From positions 10,604,001 to 10,668,000 of the forward strand of contig CM052817.1 of the NCBI GenBank assembly GCA_028534125.1: a stretch of DNA of 64,000 bases, in the 5' to 3' direction. A program made the translations under genes and the position numbers. Every line of letters starts with the position of its first letter. Position 1 is the stretch's first letter. Shown in pieces: positions 39,575 through 51,988 of the stretch. Origin of the DNA: Lama glama. Lineage: Eukaryota. Under the pieces are notes generated by a model, which saw only the letters and a list, made by a program, of their open reading frames with translations, ran no database searches and was not told where the DNA came from.

Positions 39575-39740
39575 TGCACCTATGTGCTGGACACCACTCC
39601 AATCACTTTCCGTATATTAACTCGTTTAACTCTCACAACAGTTCTATGCGGTGAATACTGTTAGTCTCTCCATTTTCTAGATGAGGAAACTGAGGCCCAG
39701 CATGGTTAAGCAACACCTAAGGCCACACAGCTAAGACATG
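39575..39740 (-). mobile_element. MIR SINE
   Basis: ctccattttctagatgaggaaactgaggcccagcatggttaagcaac..ctaaggccacacagctaag. Confidence 0.9.
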
Positions 39741-40099
39741 GATGTTTGTTACACTATTATTCTGCCTAGAAATAACCTAAATATTTAGAGACTTTAAACA
39801 TTGTTTGTTCTGGCTGGTGTCTTCCCTTTTATGGATCTCTCAAAATTAAGTAGTTTTCTGCCTTCATTTCTTGGCGTATTCAAATTTTTTGAGGGACATT
39901 TGAAGTCCCATGTTCTCCTTCAGCCCATGATAATCCCTGTTCTTAATTTCCAGAAAACATTACCCCTGGAGTGTATGGAGTTTAACATTTCTTGGACAGA
40001 GCATCTATGCCCTGGTAGACCAGCAGTTCTGGAGGGATTAAGAATGAGTGGCTCTTAGGCTCCCTTTTATTTCTTACAGTCCATCACTATCTCCATCAA

Positions 40100-40700
40100 A
40101 TCTACCGCTACCATTCCTGTCCAAGCCGCCATCCTGGCTTGTCTAAAACCGAAAAAGTCTCCATATTGATGTACCCTCTCCCATCTTACCTATAGGCAAT
40201 CCCTTCCCTCCAAGGATCCAGGGTGAGCTTTATACAAAGTTTAAATTCGATCAAAACTTCTGCCCAGAAGCTCTCAGGGGCTTGTCACTGGATAGAATGG
40301 CAAATCTTCACCATGGTCTTCAAAGCCTGACTTATTTCACTTCCCCTGACCTCACTGGCTCACTCTGCTCAGGGCACCCAGGGGTCCTCGCCATCCCCCA
40401 GACAGACTGAGAAACTCCTGCCACAGGGTCTTTGCACAGGCTGTTCCCTCTGCCTGGATGCTCCTCCCCCAGATGGCTGCAAGGCTCTTTCCCCCATCCA
40501 TGGAGGTCTCCTCTAAAGTGTCCCCGCATCAGAGACTATCCCTGACTGTCCTGCCTCAACAAGGAGTCCACCTCCACCAGCTCCCTTGTCCTCTCCTCCC
40601 ATCCTCTGCTTTGCCTTTTACACATCACGTAAACAGAACCCAGTATATCTTATATTTATATATTTACTTACCTACAACCTCCCTCACCCAAGCCCAACCT
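40100..40700 (+). mobile_element. L2 LINE 3' region
   Basis: cagggtctttgcacaggctgttccctctgcctggatgctcctcccc. Confidence 0.85.
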
Positions 40701-40809
40701 AAAATTGTGTGTGGGATGTTGTTCCTACCCCGAAGGAACTAGCATCAGTTTTCTCACTTCTAAAATGGAGATAATACTGTGCCTTTCAGAATTGTTATTA
40801 ATAATATTA

Positions 40810-41030
40810 CTATTTTTCTCACTTTTAAAATGTAGCAAGTGATGCCAAGCACGCAGCCCAACACCCTGCCTGCATTATCTCACGTAATCCCAACAGCAAC
40901 CCAAGGATATTGATAGGATCGTCATCTCCCGCTTTGCAGAGGAGGAAACTGAGGCTCAGAGGGCATGAGTCGTTTCCCCGGCTCACAGGTCTGCATAAAT
41001 CATGGAGGGAATAGTCAAAGCCTGGAGTTG
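40810..41030 (-). mobile_element. MIR SINE
   Basis: tctcccgctttgcagaggaggaaactgaggctcagaggg. Confidence 0.85.
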
Positions 41031-44026
41031 CCTCCGGAGCTGAACGCAGTAAGGGATGGGCAAGCACGCTGAAAGCACAAGGCTTCTTTAATGCGAGAAA
41101 TGACTATGTACATCGCCGCTCGCAACGAGGGCTCCCTGCAGGATGCGAAAACAGCCCGGAGACGGAGGTGCGCCTAGGCCGGGTGAGCCGAGTCTCAGTG
41201 CGTCACCGTGACTCAGAGGGACTGCTCAGGTGAAAAAAGGACTTTTCCCCTCTGCAAGGGACTTTCTTAAACATAGCTTGAGAAGGGTATTTGCCAAGTC
41301 CGTTTTCTGATCAGATAACAATCTGACACTAATTCTTCCACTCTCAGCTGACACAAACCCTGTCCAAGACTTTATCACCCTTGGGTTATCTGCGTGGCCT
41401 GGAAGGAACTCCGGGTAAGGTACAGGAAAAAGGTGGGGGTATTGTCGGGGCTTCCTGCTGGCCGGCACACTGGCCTATTGTTGGGTTTATTTTTTTAGAC
41501 TATCGCATCACAATGATTTCGGCAACATCCTTTTTCCATCCTGGACTTGATACAATATTTATTGAACTACACAAACTGCGTCAATACACAATTCTTTCTG
41601 TATCATTGCCCATGTTTTTTAAGGGTATCGTTTAAAAAAAAATCCATTAAAAGATCTTGCTAATTGCCCTGGGATCAACCAACCCTTCAAACTTGAAATC
41701 ACAATATTTTTAAACAAAAAGAGGCCTCAGAGCCTTACAAAACCACTAAACTACTACTTTAAAAAAAAATAACAACAAAATAGCATTTCTGGAGATTCCA
41801 ATATGTCAGGCATCATCCTGTGCATCATCTTAGGAAAGTACTATCTCACCCCAGGGCTGTGAATTGTTCCCATTTTACCGATGAGGAAACTGAGCTACGA
41901 AAAGTGGTGTGAAGTCACAGATGTGATCCCTGGATGGGATCTCTGTGCTATAGGTAAGAGAAATGACTTGTCCTTGAAACATTCTGCCACTTTAACTTGA
42001 GATCATCAGAGTTTCAGGAGGATTGACTACAAAGAGCAATTGCTGTCAAGACTGGTACGGGTGTGGGTGATTCACCCGGGTACCACTTAGTAAGAGTCAC
42101 TTAACTGGATGCTGAACTGCATTTTGAAAGCCATAAGCTATGTGGCAACACTGAAGCGACAACAATGCCTCATTTCTCTTTTCCCTCTTGATTACTTCTA
42201 TTTCATTACGAGTGAGCCTTCACAACCAAATCTGCACGGTGAGAAATACTCTTTGCATCCTCAGCCCCTTCACAGCCCTCTTCCTTACTGCCATCACTTT
42301 GGAATCTTGAGCTGTGGTGTGACCAGAATCGCAGGTGGAGAGGCTCATTGTGGAGAACGTGCAAAGCTGCGAGGGGCTGTCTTCATTTCATGCAAAATAG
42401 GACGCTGAGACCCAAGGAAGAGGGGGCCTTTTTTGGGGCCACACAGTCACTTAGTGGCAGAAGAGTTAACTCGAAAAGAAAAAGAGACGTAATCTTTGTT
42501 GAAAACCTGCTATGTGCCGGACACATTTTATAATGAAATAATGTAATAATAGCAATACTACAAATAATAGTAATAGCTCATATATATCGAGCTGTTAAAA
42601 TTTGTCAGGCGCTGTGCAAAATGCTTAACGAAAAATTTTTTAAACAAGTTAATCCTCTCCAATTTAGAGACAAGGACGATAACTATCTCCATTCAACAGA
42701 TGAAAAAACCTCTCAGAGAGGTCAGTCCATCACAGAGATGGGATTCAAAGACTCAGGCCTGTCTGGCAACATTGCCCTGGCTTTCCTGTAAACGTGGGGG
42801 AAATGAACACAGTGTGACACTCTCCAAAGCCTTAACTTAGCCAGAAAGGATCTTCCTAACTACTGCGGAGACAAACACTGGGAAAGACAGAGGGGTTTGG
42901 GGTGTCTGAAAAGAAGCATTTTCCGCCAGCCCTATGGGCACTTTCCTTTACCTGAACTTTCCTATACCATTTAAATCCTTATGGGACTTATTTAAAGAGG
43001 GTCATAAAAGCCTTTCCAGCCCATTTTAAAGTGTTGATCCTTTAAGTACAAGGAGACCCCTGGCACAAAGAAAACAAAGCATTCCTCTCATATGAGCAGA
43101 TATGCAGTTTTCCCAGTTCAATGAGTACCGCTCTATTAGACAGAGACCCCAAACTCTCAGTCTCACTGATCCACCCTTGTTCAAACTGGAAGAAAATGAC
43201 ACCTGCTCATCTATGAATACAGAATCCCAGCATGGCGTGAGTGGTTTTTAAATGACTATACCCTTATAAACAGGGCCTCAAGGCTGCCACCCCCTCAGCT
43301 GTGTGACCTCAGGCAAATCACTCAACATCTCTGGTCCCTAGTTTGTAAAAGTACAGGTAGACTGAACAAAATCAGTGCTCCCTTCCATCCAAATGCTTGA
43401 TGCTTCCCTGACAGAGTATCTGAAAACCATCTCATTCAGAGAGCACTACTTTCATGACCAGCCTATTCAATGAGAGCCTCTATAATGCTGAAGCCATATT
43501 GGCCGTAATCCACATTTGTGGACTGAGTCAGGGTTGGTGAACTTATTTCATATCGAGCAGTATACTGACCTTGGCAAGACCATTGTTCTTTATCACATGG
43601 ATCTGCATCTGCCCAGTGAAAAAACTGGATACCCCAGGGGCATAACAACAGCTACAAAAAAAAATCAATCTAAAAGAATTTGCCAAAAGGGCAGGTACTA
43701 GTCCTGAAACAACAATGTTGTAGCTTAAATGTAATAGACAAGTTAACTGAAAAGAACAGCCCCTAGCAAAACAGTGCTCCATTAGGGTAAGGAGGGTTTC
43801 TCCCTTGCTTGACTACAAAGAACCCATATATTCAGACTAATCATGGCACAGTTCGTAAAATTATTTGTCCTACAACTGGAGTCTTTCTATTATCATATGT
43901 CTACTTTACAGATAAGAAAGTTCTAGCACAGACTCACTAAGTTGGATCAAAAGAAGCGAGAAAAAAATGTGGGGATTGTGAGTTTCAGTCAACACTCAGC
44001 CAGTTTTACCCCAAATCACTGTTGGT

Positions 44027-44240
44027 CAGGGTTTCTCAACCTTGGCACCACTGATACCCAGGGCTCGGTAATTCCATTGTGGGGGTCAGGCTGGTGCCTC
44101 GTCTGATGTTTAGCAGCATCCCTGGTCTCTACCCATTAGATGTCAGTAGCTCTCCCGTCTAGGTGTGACAGCTGAAAATGTCTCTAGACATTGACAAATG
44201 TTCTCTGTGGGGCAAACCTGCCCCTGAGCGAAAGCCAGCA
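44027..44240 (+). mobile_element. MER20 hAT-Charlie element, near full length
   Basis: cagggtttctcaaccttggcac...gatgtttagcagcatccctggtctctacccattagatgtcagtagc...aaaatgtctctagacattg. Confidence 0.9.
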
Positions 44241-45769
44241 CGACAGTTGTTCAAAGCATACCGGGTGGGTGGCTCCTCAGCTTCCCTGAGGGCTGAGGTT
44301 GAGCTGAGCCCAGATGACTCCATTCACGTCTGATTTTCTTTCCAATACCAGCCCTCCTTCTGACCACGGGTATTATCATGCTGAACCCTGCTTTAAATCT
44401 CTTAAGTCTTCTTATTGGCTACAGAATTGCAGATGGCCTTGTTGGCCTCCAGACATGATTTCAGCCTCAGCCCTGATACACCTGCCACATGGTAGCAGCA
44501 GACCTCTCCCAGACACACTATGCACTGGCACTCCTCCTTTGCACATAATGTTCCCTTTGCCTGCAATGCTGTTCCTGTCCTCCCAGACAGAGACTGCATG
44601 AACTCATCCTCCCAAACCCATACACCTGCTGTGAGCACGCCACAGGAGCTGAAGAACTGTTAGTACTGAGTTGAATTGAATTGAATCGCCTCCTTGCTCA
44701 GTTGCCCCAGGACCTGACTCCATTAAATTACCCAATCACCTGACACCTGTTTTCTCATCTGTAAGACGGGCCCATTGATACCTTCCTCACATGAATGTTA
44801 CAAGAAAAAGGACACCAAGTGGCTCTCACGTAACAAAAATCTCAATGAAAAGTTCTTTTATTCTGCTGTTCTTACCAATTTATGAAAACTGTTTTACAAG
44901 AATGTGCTCACTGTCTGGGCTATCTGATTTTCACACGTTTAATATACTGAAATAGACCTCAAAACTTTCATCTCTTTCTTTTGAGGAATATTCCATTTTC
45001 CCCATTTTTGGCTATTAGATTCTTCCCTTAAATATTTGGAGCCCAGAATACAAGTTTGATACCAGAGTAACTATAGAAACAGCCCTATCTTGGGTGAATC
45101 AAAGAGCCCTCCAGCTCTGGCTCTGGGTGAGTTTTCTCCAAACAGTGCTATCTGCAACCCACACTGTTCGCCACCGACAGTAGTGTGTTTTTTTTTCTTT
45201 TAAAGGCTTCCCGTTTCCCACGGGAATATAAGGAAATTGGAATTATTAACACAAACGATAACAAGAGAATTAGAAACAATGCCACAGTCCCCCGCCCCTG
45301 AAGTGCAGCAAACTTGAAGTTCTTTAAGTCTAACACTCATAAGGATGACAAGCCCCACAGAGGCTGGTCACCAGGAAAAGGAAGAGGATGAGGAAAGGGA
45401 AGAGGATACCAAGGGTCACAGGCAGCTAAGCAGAGAACCATCCATCACCAGCCCTGCCCAGGCAGCCGGCAAGTTTCCAGTCACAGAGGGCACCAGCTCC
45501 AGCCGGCCAAGGACAGAAGGAAAAAACAACCTTGGTTTTGCTCTATTTGTTAACTGAACAGACTCCTTAAGAGTACTGAGGTACTGACCAAAGATCCTGA
45601 CATCCAGCGTGCTGCGAGTTTACATGTTTAAAGGGCAAGAGTTACAAATCAACCAGTTATTAATTTAATTCCTCTTTGAAAGGGTGCCAGAGGTAGAGAA
45701 AGCAGGACAAGAGGAGCGTATATATACTTCCATATAACTTCAGCCCCTACTTTCCTAGCTTAGAATCTT

Positions 45770-45955
45770 AAACATCAGGGTGTTGAAAACCTAGGCTGGG
45801 TGGCATATTCAAATGCAGATCCTTGGACCCCATATTGAGCTATTCTTCCTCATGAGGTCGTGGTTTGAACCAGAGAAGGTTTATTTTTACTCATCGCCTG
45901 CCACACCCAGTGACAGTGTTGCAGGTTGGCAGAAAACCACTCAGAGAAACACCGT
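45770..45955. mobile_element. MER5-like hAT element
   Basis: aaatgcagatccttggacccc...tttatttttac..cccagtgacagtgttgcaggt...accactcagagaaacac. Confidence 0.55.
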
Positions 45956-45959
45956 GTGC

Positions 45960-46310
45960 CTGAGCTGCGTCCTCTTCCTTGACAACTGCTCCCGAACCAC
46001 ATCTCCCATTGCGTTTGTGTGGACCTGGAACCACGTGACCGAGTTCTGTCCAGTGGGGATCAAAGCACCACTTCCAGGCCTGGCTCTCAGACCATCCTCA
46101 CACTCTGGGATCATCAACTGTTTGGACGCAAAGGACCCAAGGGAAGCCCTGGGCAAGGGAGGCAGCATGACTGTTACTCCAGAAGATCCTGTAGTGATTA
46201 AGTGGGGCAGCATCCCACACTGGAGAGAGGGGAAAGACCAACGTTATTTTATGAAGGCGTTGAAATTCCGAAGTTTTTCTGACAGTAGCTAGCCTAACCT
46301 GATGAATAGG
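45960..46310 (+). mobile_element. MaLR (MLT1-type) solo LTR
   Basis: ccacgtgaccgagttctgtccagtggg...ccacttccaggcctggc...agtagctagcctaacctgatgaata. Confidence 0.65.
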
Positions 46311-46699
46311 CATTATCCTTTTCTTATCCTACAATTTTATTAGATCTTGGTTCTAAAGATCCAGGGTAAGAGTTTTAAGGGAAAAACTGGTAAATAAACC
46401 CAGAAGAAAGCCAAAGAGTGATTCACTGCATCAAAATCCTATCCTACACTCAGGAGAACGGAAACTCCTAAAAAGGTGGCAGGCCTCTTGGACGTTCTTT
46501 CCACATCCAAGATTATGCCTGAGATCTCTACTCACGTTGGTACCAAATTAATACAGTCACTGTTAGTAAAATTAAAAGAGCAAAGGTTAGGGTAGGTAAT
46601 TTTCCATAGAATATTAAAGGGCCCTCTCAGGGCACACAAAGAATACAAAGAAAATAAAGAAATCTGTCACAAAGACAGAAACTGGGGAACCATAAGCCT

Positions 46700-47400
46700 C
46701 TCTTTAAAAATGGCCCACGCCGAGGATTCACTTGGCCATCCTGGGAACCCCTCCGGCCCCACGGCCCGGTACTCAGAATCTGCTGCCCTCGGCCCTGTGG
46801 CAGGAAGTCTGCATTTTGCACAGGAAGGAACTCTCTGCGACTCGGCGGGTGTTTGCGACGCCCAGGGACTCGGGACTGGCCCGGCTGCAGGCCCGCCGGA
46901 GAAGCACCCAAGGGGTCTCCAGAGCCAGCCCCAGGGATGGCGGGGAGGTCGCAGCCTCCAAGGGAAGGGCCATTTTCCAGCTGGAAAATGTGCCCCCGCC
47001 TGTGACGCCAACCCTTCAGAGGAAGGGGAAGCATCTCCAACTCCCCTCTTTGTCTTTCAGCCGAATCAGCCTCACACCAAAAGAGCAGGTGACCGAGAAT
47101 ATAGGACTCAGCATTCCACCACGTGGCTGTCTGCAGTCATGCCGGGAGTGATCCAACTGGACTTCGGAAACGGGAAGGGCAGGGGCGTTCATCCAGAGAG
47201 CTCGCGGATGGGATCCTCTGCGCATGCGTCCAGCCACACTGGCCGTCCCACTGCTGTCCCAGGAAATTTCCAAACGCATGCGCACCTTTGTGCTTGTGAC
47301 TCCTTTTGCGTGCAAGCAGACTTCCCCCAACCCTTCACCTGGTGAGCGTCTCCGCTTTCGCGGGGTGGTGCCCGCTCCACTGTTCCCTGGGAGAGACTTC
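46700..47400. promoter_or_regulatory. CpG-rich promoter-like element
   Basis: Local GC and CpG enrichment. NRF1-type sites TGCGCATGCG (47219-47228) and CGCATGCGCA (47275-47284), kB-type palindrome GGAAATTTCC (47262-47271), E2F-like TTTCGCGG (47356-47363), E-box CCACGTGG (47119-47126). Confidence 0.6.
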
Positions 47401-47904
47401 CCTTTACCCCTCTCTCTTAAGTGCCTACCCCCATCCCAGCCACCCTCCAACCTCTTGTCCCATTTTATTTTCCCTCAAAGGCCTTATCACCACATGGAAG
47501 TATAATTGTTGTTCTAGCCCAACAGGATATCTCCAGGGGACTGGGTGATAAGAGCTGGAGGAAAGGAACGGTGATTGTGCAGAATTTTTTTTTTCCTAAG
47601 TGCCATTTAAAAAAATCAATACACAAAAAGGCATCGATATGGAAAACACACTTGATACAAGGTTAATGAAAACGTAGGTTCCAAAGCAGCACACCTGACA
47701 ACGACACAGGAAAGGATTAGGATAAAACAAACAAATAAGAAATGTAGGTGATGCAATAATAAGGAATAGTTTTCCTTTGCTTTTCAAAATTCTGTACACT
47801 ACTTTATATCACTTTATGAATCTTAAGAATACATTTAATAAATAAAATAAATACATAAGTATATAAATCAACTAGATCTAATAAATAAAAGATAATGGTA
47901 AATT

Positions 47905-48209
47905 TACAGGCACTGAAAACAAACCATGGTTATCAAAAGGGAAAGGGTAGGGAGAGAGAAATTAAGTTTGAGATTTCCAGATAATACTTAATATATATAT
48001 AATAGATAAGCAACAAGTTTATACTGTATAGCACAGGGAACTATATTCAATATCTTGTAACTTAGGGTGAAAAAGAATATGAAAATGAATATATGTATGT
48101 TCTTATATGATTGAATTATTGTGCTGTACACCAGAAATTGATACAAGATTGTAAACTGACTATACTTCAATTAAAAAAAAAACTAAAATGGGAAAGAATC
48201 TGAAAAGAA

Positions 48210-48244
<35 letters not shown>

Positions 48245-48550
48245 TATATATACATGCAATTGAATCACCTGCTGTATATCTGAAACTAACACAACATTGT
48301 AAATCAACTGTACTTCAACAAAAAAAATATTTTAAAAAAGGTTGGGATCAACATATAAAACAAATAAACAACAAGGACTTACTATATAGCACAGGGAACT
48401 ATATTCAATACCTTGGACTAGCCTATAATGAAAGAGAATCTGAAAAGGAATACATTTGTGTATAACTGTCACTGAATCACTTTTCTGTACACGTGAAACT
48501 AGCATCATTGTAAATCAACTATACTTCAACAAAAATTAATTTAAAAAAAA
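47905..48550 (+). mobile_element. Three head-to-tail L1 3' ends
   Basis: The terminal motif ttgtaaa(ct/tc)..act.tacttcaa followed by an A-tail ends near 48182, 48340 and 48550. A (TA)n(CA)n repeat lies at 48209-48250. Confidence 0.9.
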
Positions 48551-48940
48551 GACCATTGTAATATTTGGAAAGACTATAAAGGCTATCTGGTCTAACACCC
48601 TTATTTGCTATTTGAAGAAATTGAGGCTCAAATGGAAGTGAACTGCCCAAGGTCACACTCAAGGTTAGTCAGTGAAGAGACAGAATAAAAAGCAGAACTT
48701 GGACTCCAGGCCCAGTGCTTTCTCCACTGCATTATGCTTCGTAGTCAGTCAAACGAAAGAGTCTTTTGAGAAGGGACAAATCCTTTCATAGGATGAAGAC
48801 CAAAGCAGTCATGGTCATGCAGAGTGTAGCACAGGAGCAGTTGTAGTTCATGCAAGGCACCGCCTGCCCAAGACTCTCACTCAGTGCTTCTCTTCAGCCC
48901 AGTCATTTCTCCTCTTTGAGGTTCTGTTTCCTCTCCTGGG

Positions 48941-49038
48941 ATGATGACGACCATGATGGTGATGAGGATGGTATTGATGAGGAGGAGGATGTTGACGGTG
49001 ATGTTACTGGTGATGATAACGTTGATGATGATGACTGA
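48941..49038. repeat. Degenerate (GAT)n repeat
   Basis: Directly visible, next to a MIR end. Confidence 0.85.
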
Positions 49039-49116
49039 TACTGTCATTGGTCAGGCACCATGTTAAGTGTGTCATTTCTTCATTTAATTCTCAACCACAC
49101 TATGATGTGAGCATGG

Positions 49117-49133
49117 TTATTATTATCATCATT

Positions 49134-49165
<32 letters not shown>

Positions 49166-49177
49166 TATTATTATTAT
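49117..49177. repeat. Compound (TCA)n/(TTA)n microsatellite inside an antisense MIR (about 49040-49290)
   Basis: Directly visible, followed by the MIR core caggtgaggaagctgaagtc. Confidence 0.9.
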
Positions 49178-49438
49178 CCCCTTTCATCAGGTGAGGAAGC
49201 TGAAGTCTGGTGAGGTTAATTAACTACCCCAAAGACACTCATACATAGTAAAATGATTTAAATGGGAAATTAAGCTCATGCAGGCCAGCTCCAAACGTGG
49301 GATTTTAGTACACAAATGGCAAAAATCTTAAAAGATAGTTCTCAAATGCCTGAAGTTTGGGGAAAGGTAGATCATGCTTTGTTGACACCTCTCAAATGGA
49401 GGTGGTGTTATCAACCGACCCTCTTCCAAGAGAGAGGC

Positions 49439-49801
49439 TGCTATGGACTTCATGTTTGTGTCCCCCCAAAACTCATCCACTGAAATCTTAATCTCAAAAC
49501 GTGATGGTACTTGGAGATGGAGCCTCTGGGAAGGTGACAAGGTTAAGAGGGTGGAGCCCCCGTGATGAGATTAGTGTTCTCACCAGAAGAAAGGCACTAA
49601 ACTAGAGTCTGCTCTCTCACCTATGTGAAGGTAAACAAGAAGGCAGCTCTCTACAAGCCAGGAAGTGTGCCTCCTCAGGCCCCAGGTCTGCCAGTGCCTT
49701 GATCTTGGACTTCCCAGCCTCCAGAACCATGAGAAATAAATATTTGTTGTTTAAGCCACCTTCTCCTTTATATTTTTGTTATAGAAACCCAAACTAAGAC
49801 A
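49439..49801 (+). mobile_element. MLT1A-type MaLR solo LTR, complete
   Basis: TG...CA ends (tgctatggac...aaactaagaca), internal ccttgatcttggacttcccagcctccagaaccatgagaaataaa, and a 5-bp TSD gaggc/ggggc. Confidence 0.92.
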
Positions 49802-51114
49802 GGGGCAGTTCTAAAGAGAAAGTGAACTCATAGGTATGATGGGGCGTCTAAAACACGGTAATGTTGTATGAACACTACGTAACAGTATTCACTCATCTAA
49901 GTCGAATAACTACCTTACCTGGTAAGGTAGTTACTATCACAATCACCCTGCATTTCAAAGTGAGGGCACGGACTCATAATCAGTTGGATAACTTGGCCAA
50001 GGAATGGTTGGCCTGGAATTTAAACACAGACAGTCTGCTCCTAGGGCTTGAAATTGTAACAACTATACTGTGAGTGTTTCTAAAACTTATTATTATTGAG
50101 CAGGAAGTTCCTAAGTCACAAGGGAACAGTTCAGCTTCTTCATCCCTTGAGTTTGGAGCTGGTTATAACTGACCCACAGATGTTCACTCTCCCCAGTGAT
50201 ACCTTCCATCATCCTCCATCTTAATAATCTAAGGAATGCCCAGCTGTTTGGTTCCAAACTTGGAAGTGTTCTCAGTGGTTAATGTGGAGACTCAAGAGCA
50301 GTTCTCAGGCCGTCCCTTGAGTCTGTTTCCCCCTGCAACCTTTTCTCAACCAGGCATCTCAGTCTTTGAGGACTTATTTATTCAGAGTGACAGTGACATG
50401 AGGTGATATGAGCCAGTGTTCAAGCTGGACTGCCAGCCAGTAACAAACCTGGAAATGAAGGGGGCTGCTCCTTACTATCCCCAAATGCTTAACTGGAAAA
50501 AGCAAGTCATTGGGTTTTTTACAAGATGGCTGCAGGCCCCCAAATTCAGAAGCAAGTAGGAGGTGCTGAAGATGCCATGGGTTCACAGGGTTTGGAAAAC
50601 TAACCACATACATATCAATATGGCAGACATGCTGAAAAGCCCGGGAGTCCCCAGACAGATAGTCAATAGGCAACAAGACCTGCCGCAATCACTGTAAGAA
50701 AAGATGTGAAGTCTCATCCAGATTCAGAGACTGTTAGAGTTGGAAGGAAGCCTGAGTATCACATTAGTCCAACTGCCTAATCTTAGATGAGAAAAGAGAC
50801 AGCCAGGGACAAGTGCCCCCTCCAAAGTCGTGTAGCTGATTGGGGTGGGCATCTCTGCTGGGCGTGGTGTGTGCAGTCGAGGGTGGCCCCACTGGAGGGC
50901 ATAGTTCTCTGTAGGTCACTCCCCCTCCCCTTAAAAATGACCCGTCTACCAGGCACAAAGACCCTTTCTGATCTGGCCCCAATGTCTCTGCTGCCCACCT
51001 CCCTCCTCACGTCCACTCCCGACCCACAACCCTGTACCCCAGGCTTTCCCACCTGACGGTCTTCCTCACACCCTCTGCCTCTGCCGTCCTCCAGTGTCCA
51101 CATGTCTCACTCTG

Positions 51115-51988
51115 CAGGGCGCAGGAGCCAGCCCAGATCAGCTCACCTAGTGCTACATTTTCAGGAATTTTGTGAGACAGTTGTTCATTTACAGTTAAAT
51201 ACATTATATTAAAAACAAAGGCAGTAAATGCTCAAAACTTCCAAATTATTTTGCTCCACTTCACTGTTACCTGAATTCTTGAGGTTACTTATCCTATGGT
51301 ACCTCCATGGTGGAACCATCCATGCCGTGGGCATCTCTTCCCAGATGCCACGTTCAGTGACTTCTTGTTAACAGCTTGAAGGTGGCCACGGGGGGAATAT
51401 TCACACCAGATAAACTGGAAAATGCTACAAATCAGGGCTTGATGTTCTGTTTTGATGACTGTCTGGGCTCACAAAAGTGATGGACAAAAACACGGATAAG
51501 GCAGATTAAGCATAAAAGTGTGTCTTGTCGGTAACCATTACACTGTGAATGGCACATTGGTGGAAATATTCTTCCAATATTTAAAAACCACTATCTTATT
51601 CAGAAGAGAAGTAACTCATGCCATTGGTGAATGAGAAAAATTCAGATATTCATCTCAGCTGTTTCACTTTCTTTTTACTCATTAATGTGAAAGAAAGTAT
51701 CAGCCAGTTTTCATAGCAGAACTCCTCCTGTCAATTAAAATTTCAGTTCGGCTAGGGCTACAAGAGTTCAGCACAAATCAACGAAAGCATTTTGGGAGAA
51801 TGAATTGGCTCTGTGGAATTTATAATAAACAGCATTGTATATTTAATTCATATTCATAAACTGTGAACTATAAATCTTTCTATCAGTTAAATTTATCACA
51901 AACATACGTATATACATGGTTCCTGATTTATTTGTTTTTATTTTATTTTTAGAGAGCCAGTTGTTAAACAGCTACCCACACACCAGTG
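51115..51988 (+). mobile_element. Long MER63 (C/D-like) hAT-Blackjack element nested in an L2
   Basis: ttttcaggaattttgtgag...attatattaaaaacaaagg...gcatctcttccc..cgttcagtgac...aaatgctacaaatcagggctt...gagagccagttgttaaaca. Confidence 0.85.

Noticed and set aside
45813..46292. 159-aa ORF
   Set aside because: It spans MER5-like and MLT1 repeats and is a chance frame.
46710..47345. Longest ORF (211 aa) and overlapping ORFs on both strands
   Set aside because: Long open frames in several frames are expected in GC-rich DNA, and I recognise no domain. The region is treated as regulatory instead.
48850..49038. Asp/Glu-rich ORF
   Set aside because: It is the translation of a degenerate (GAT)n simple repeat.
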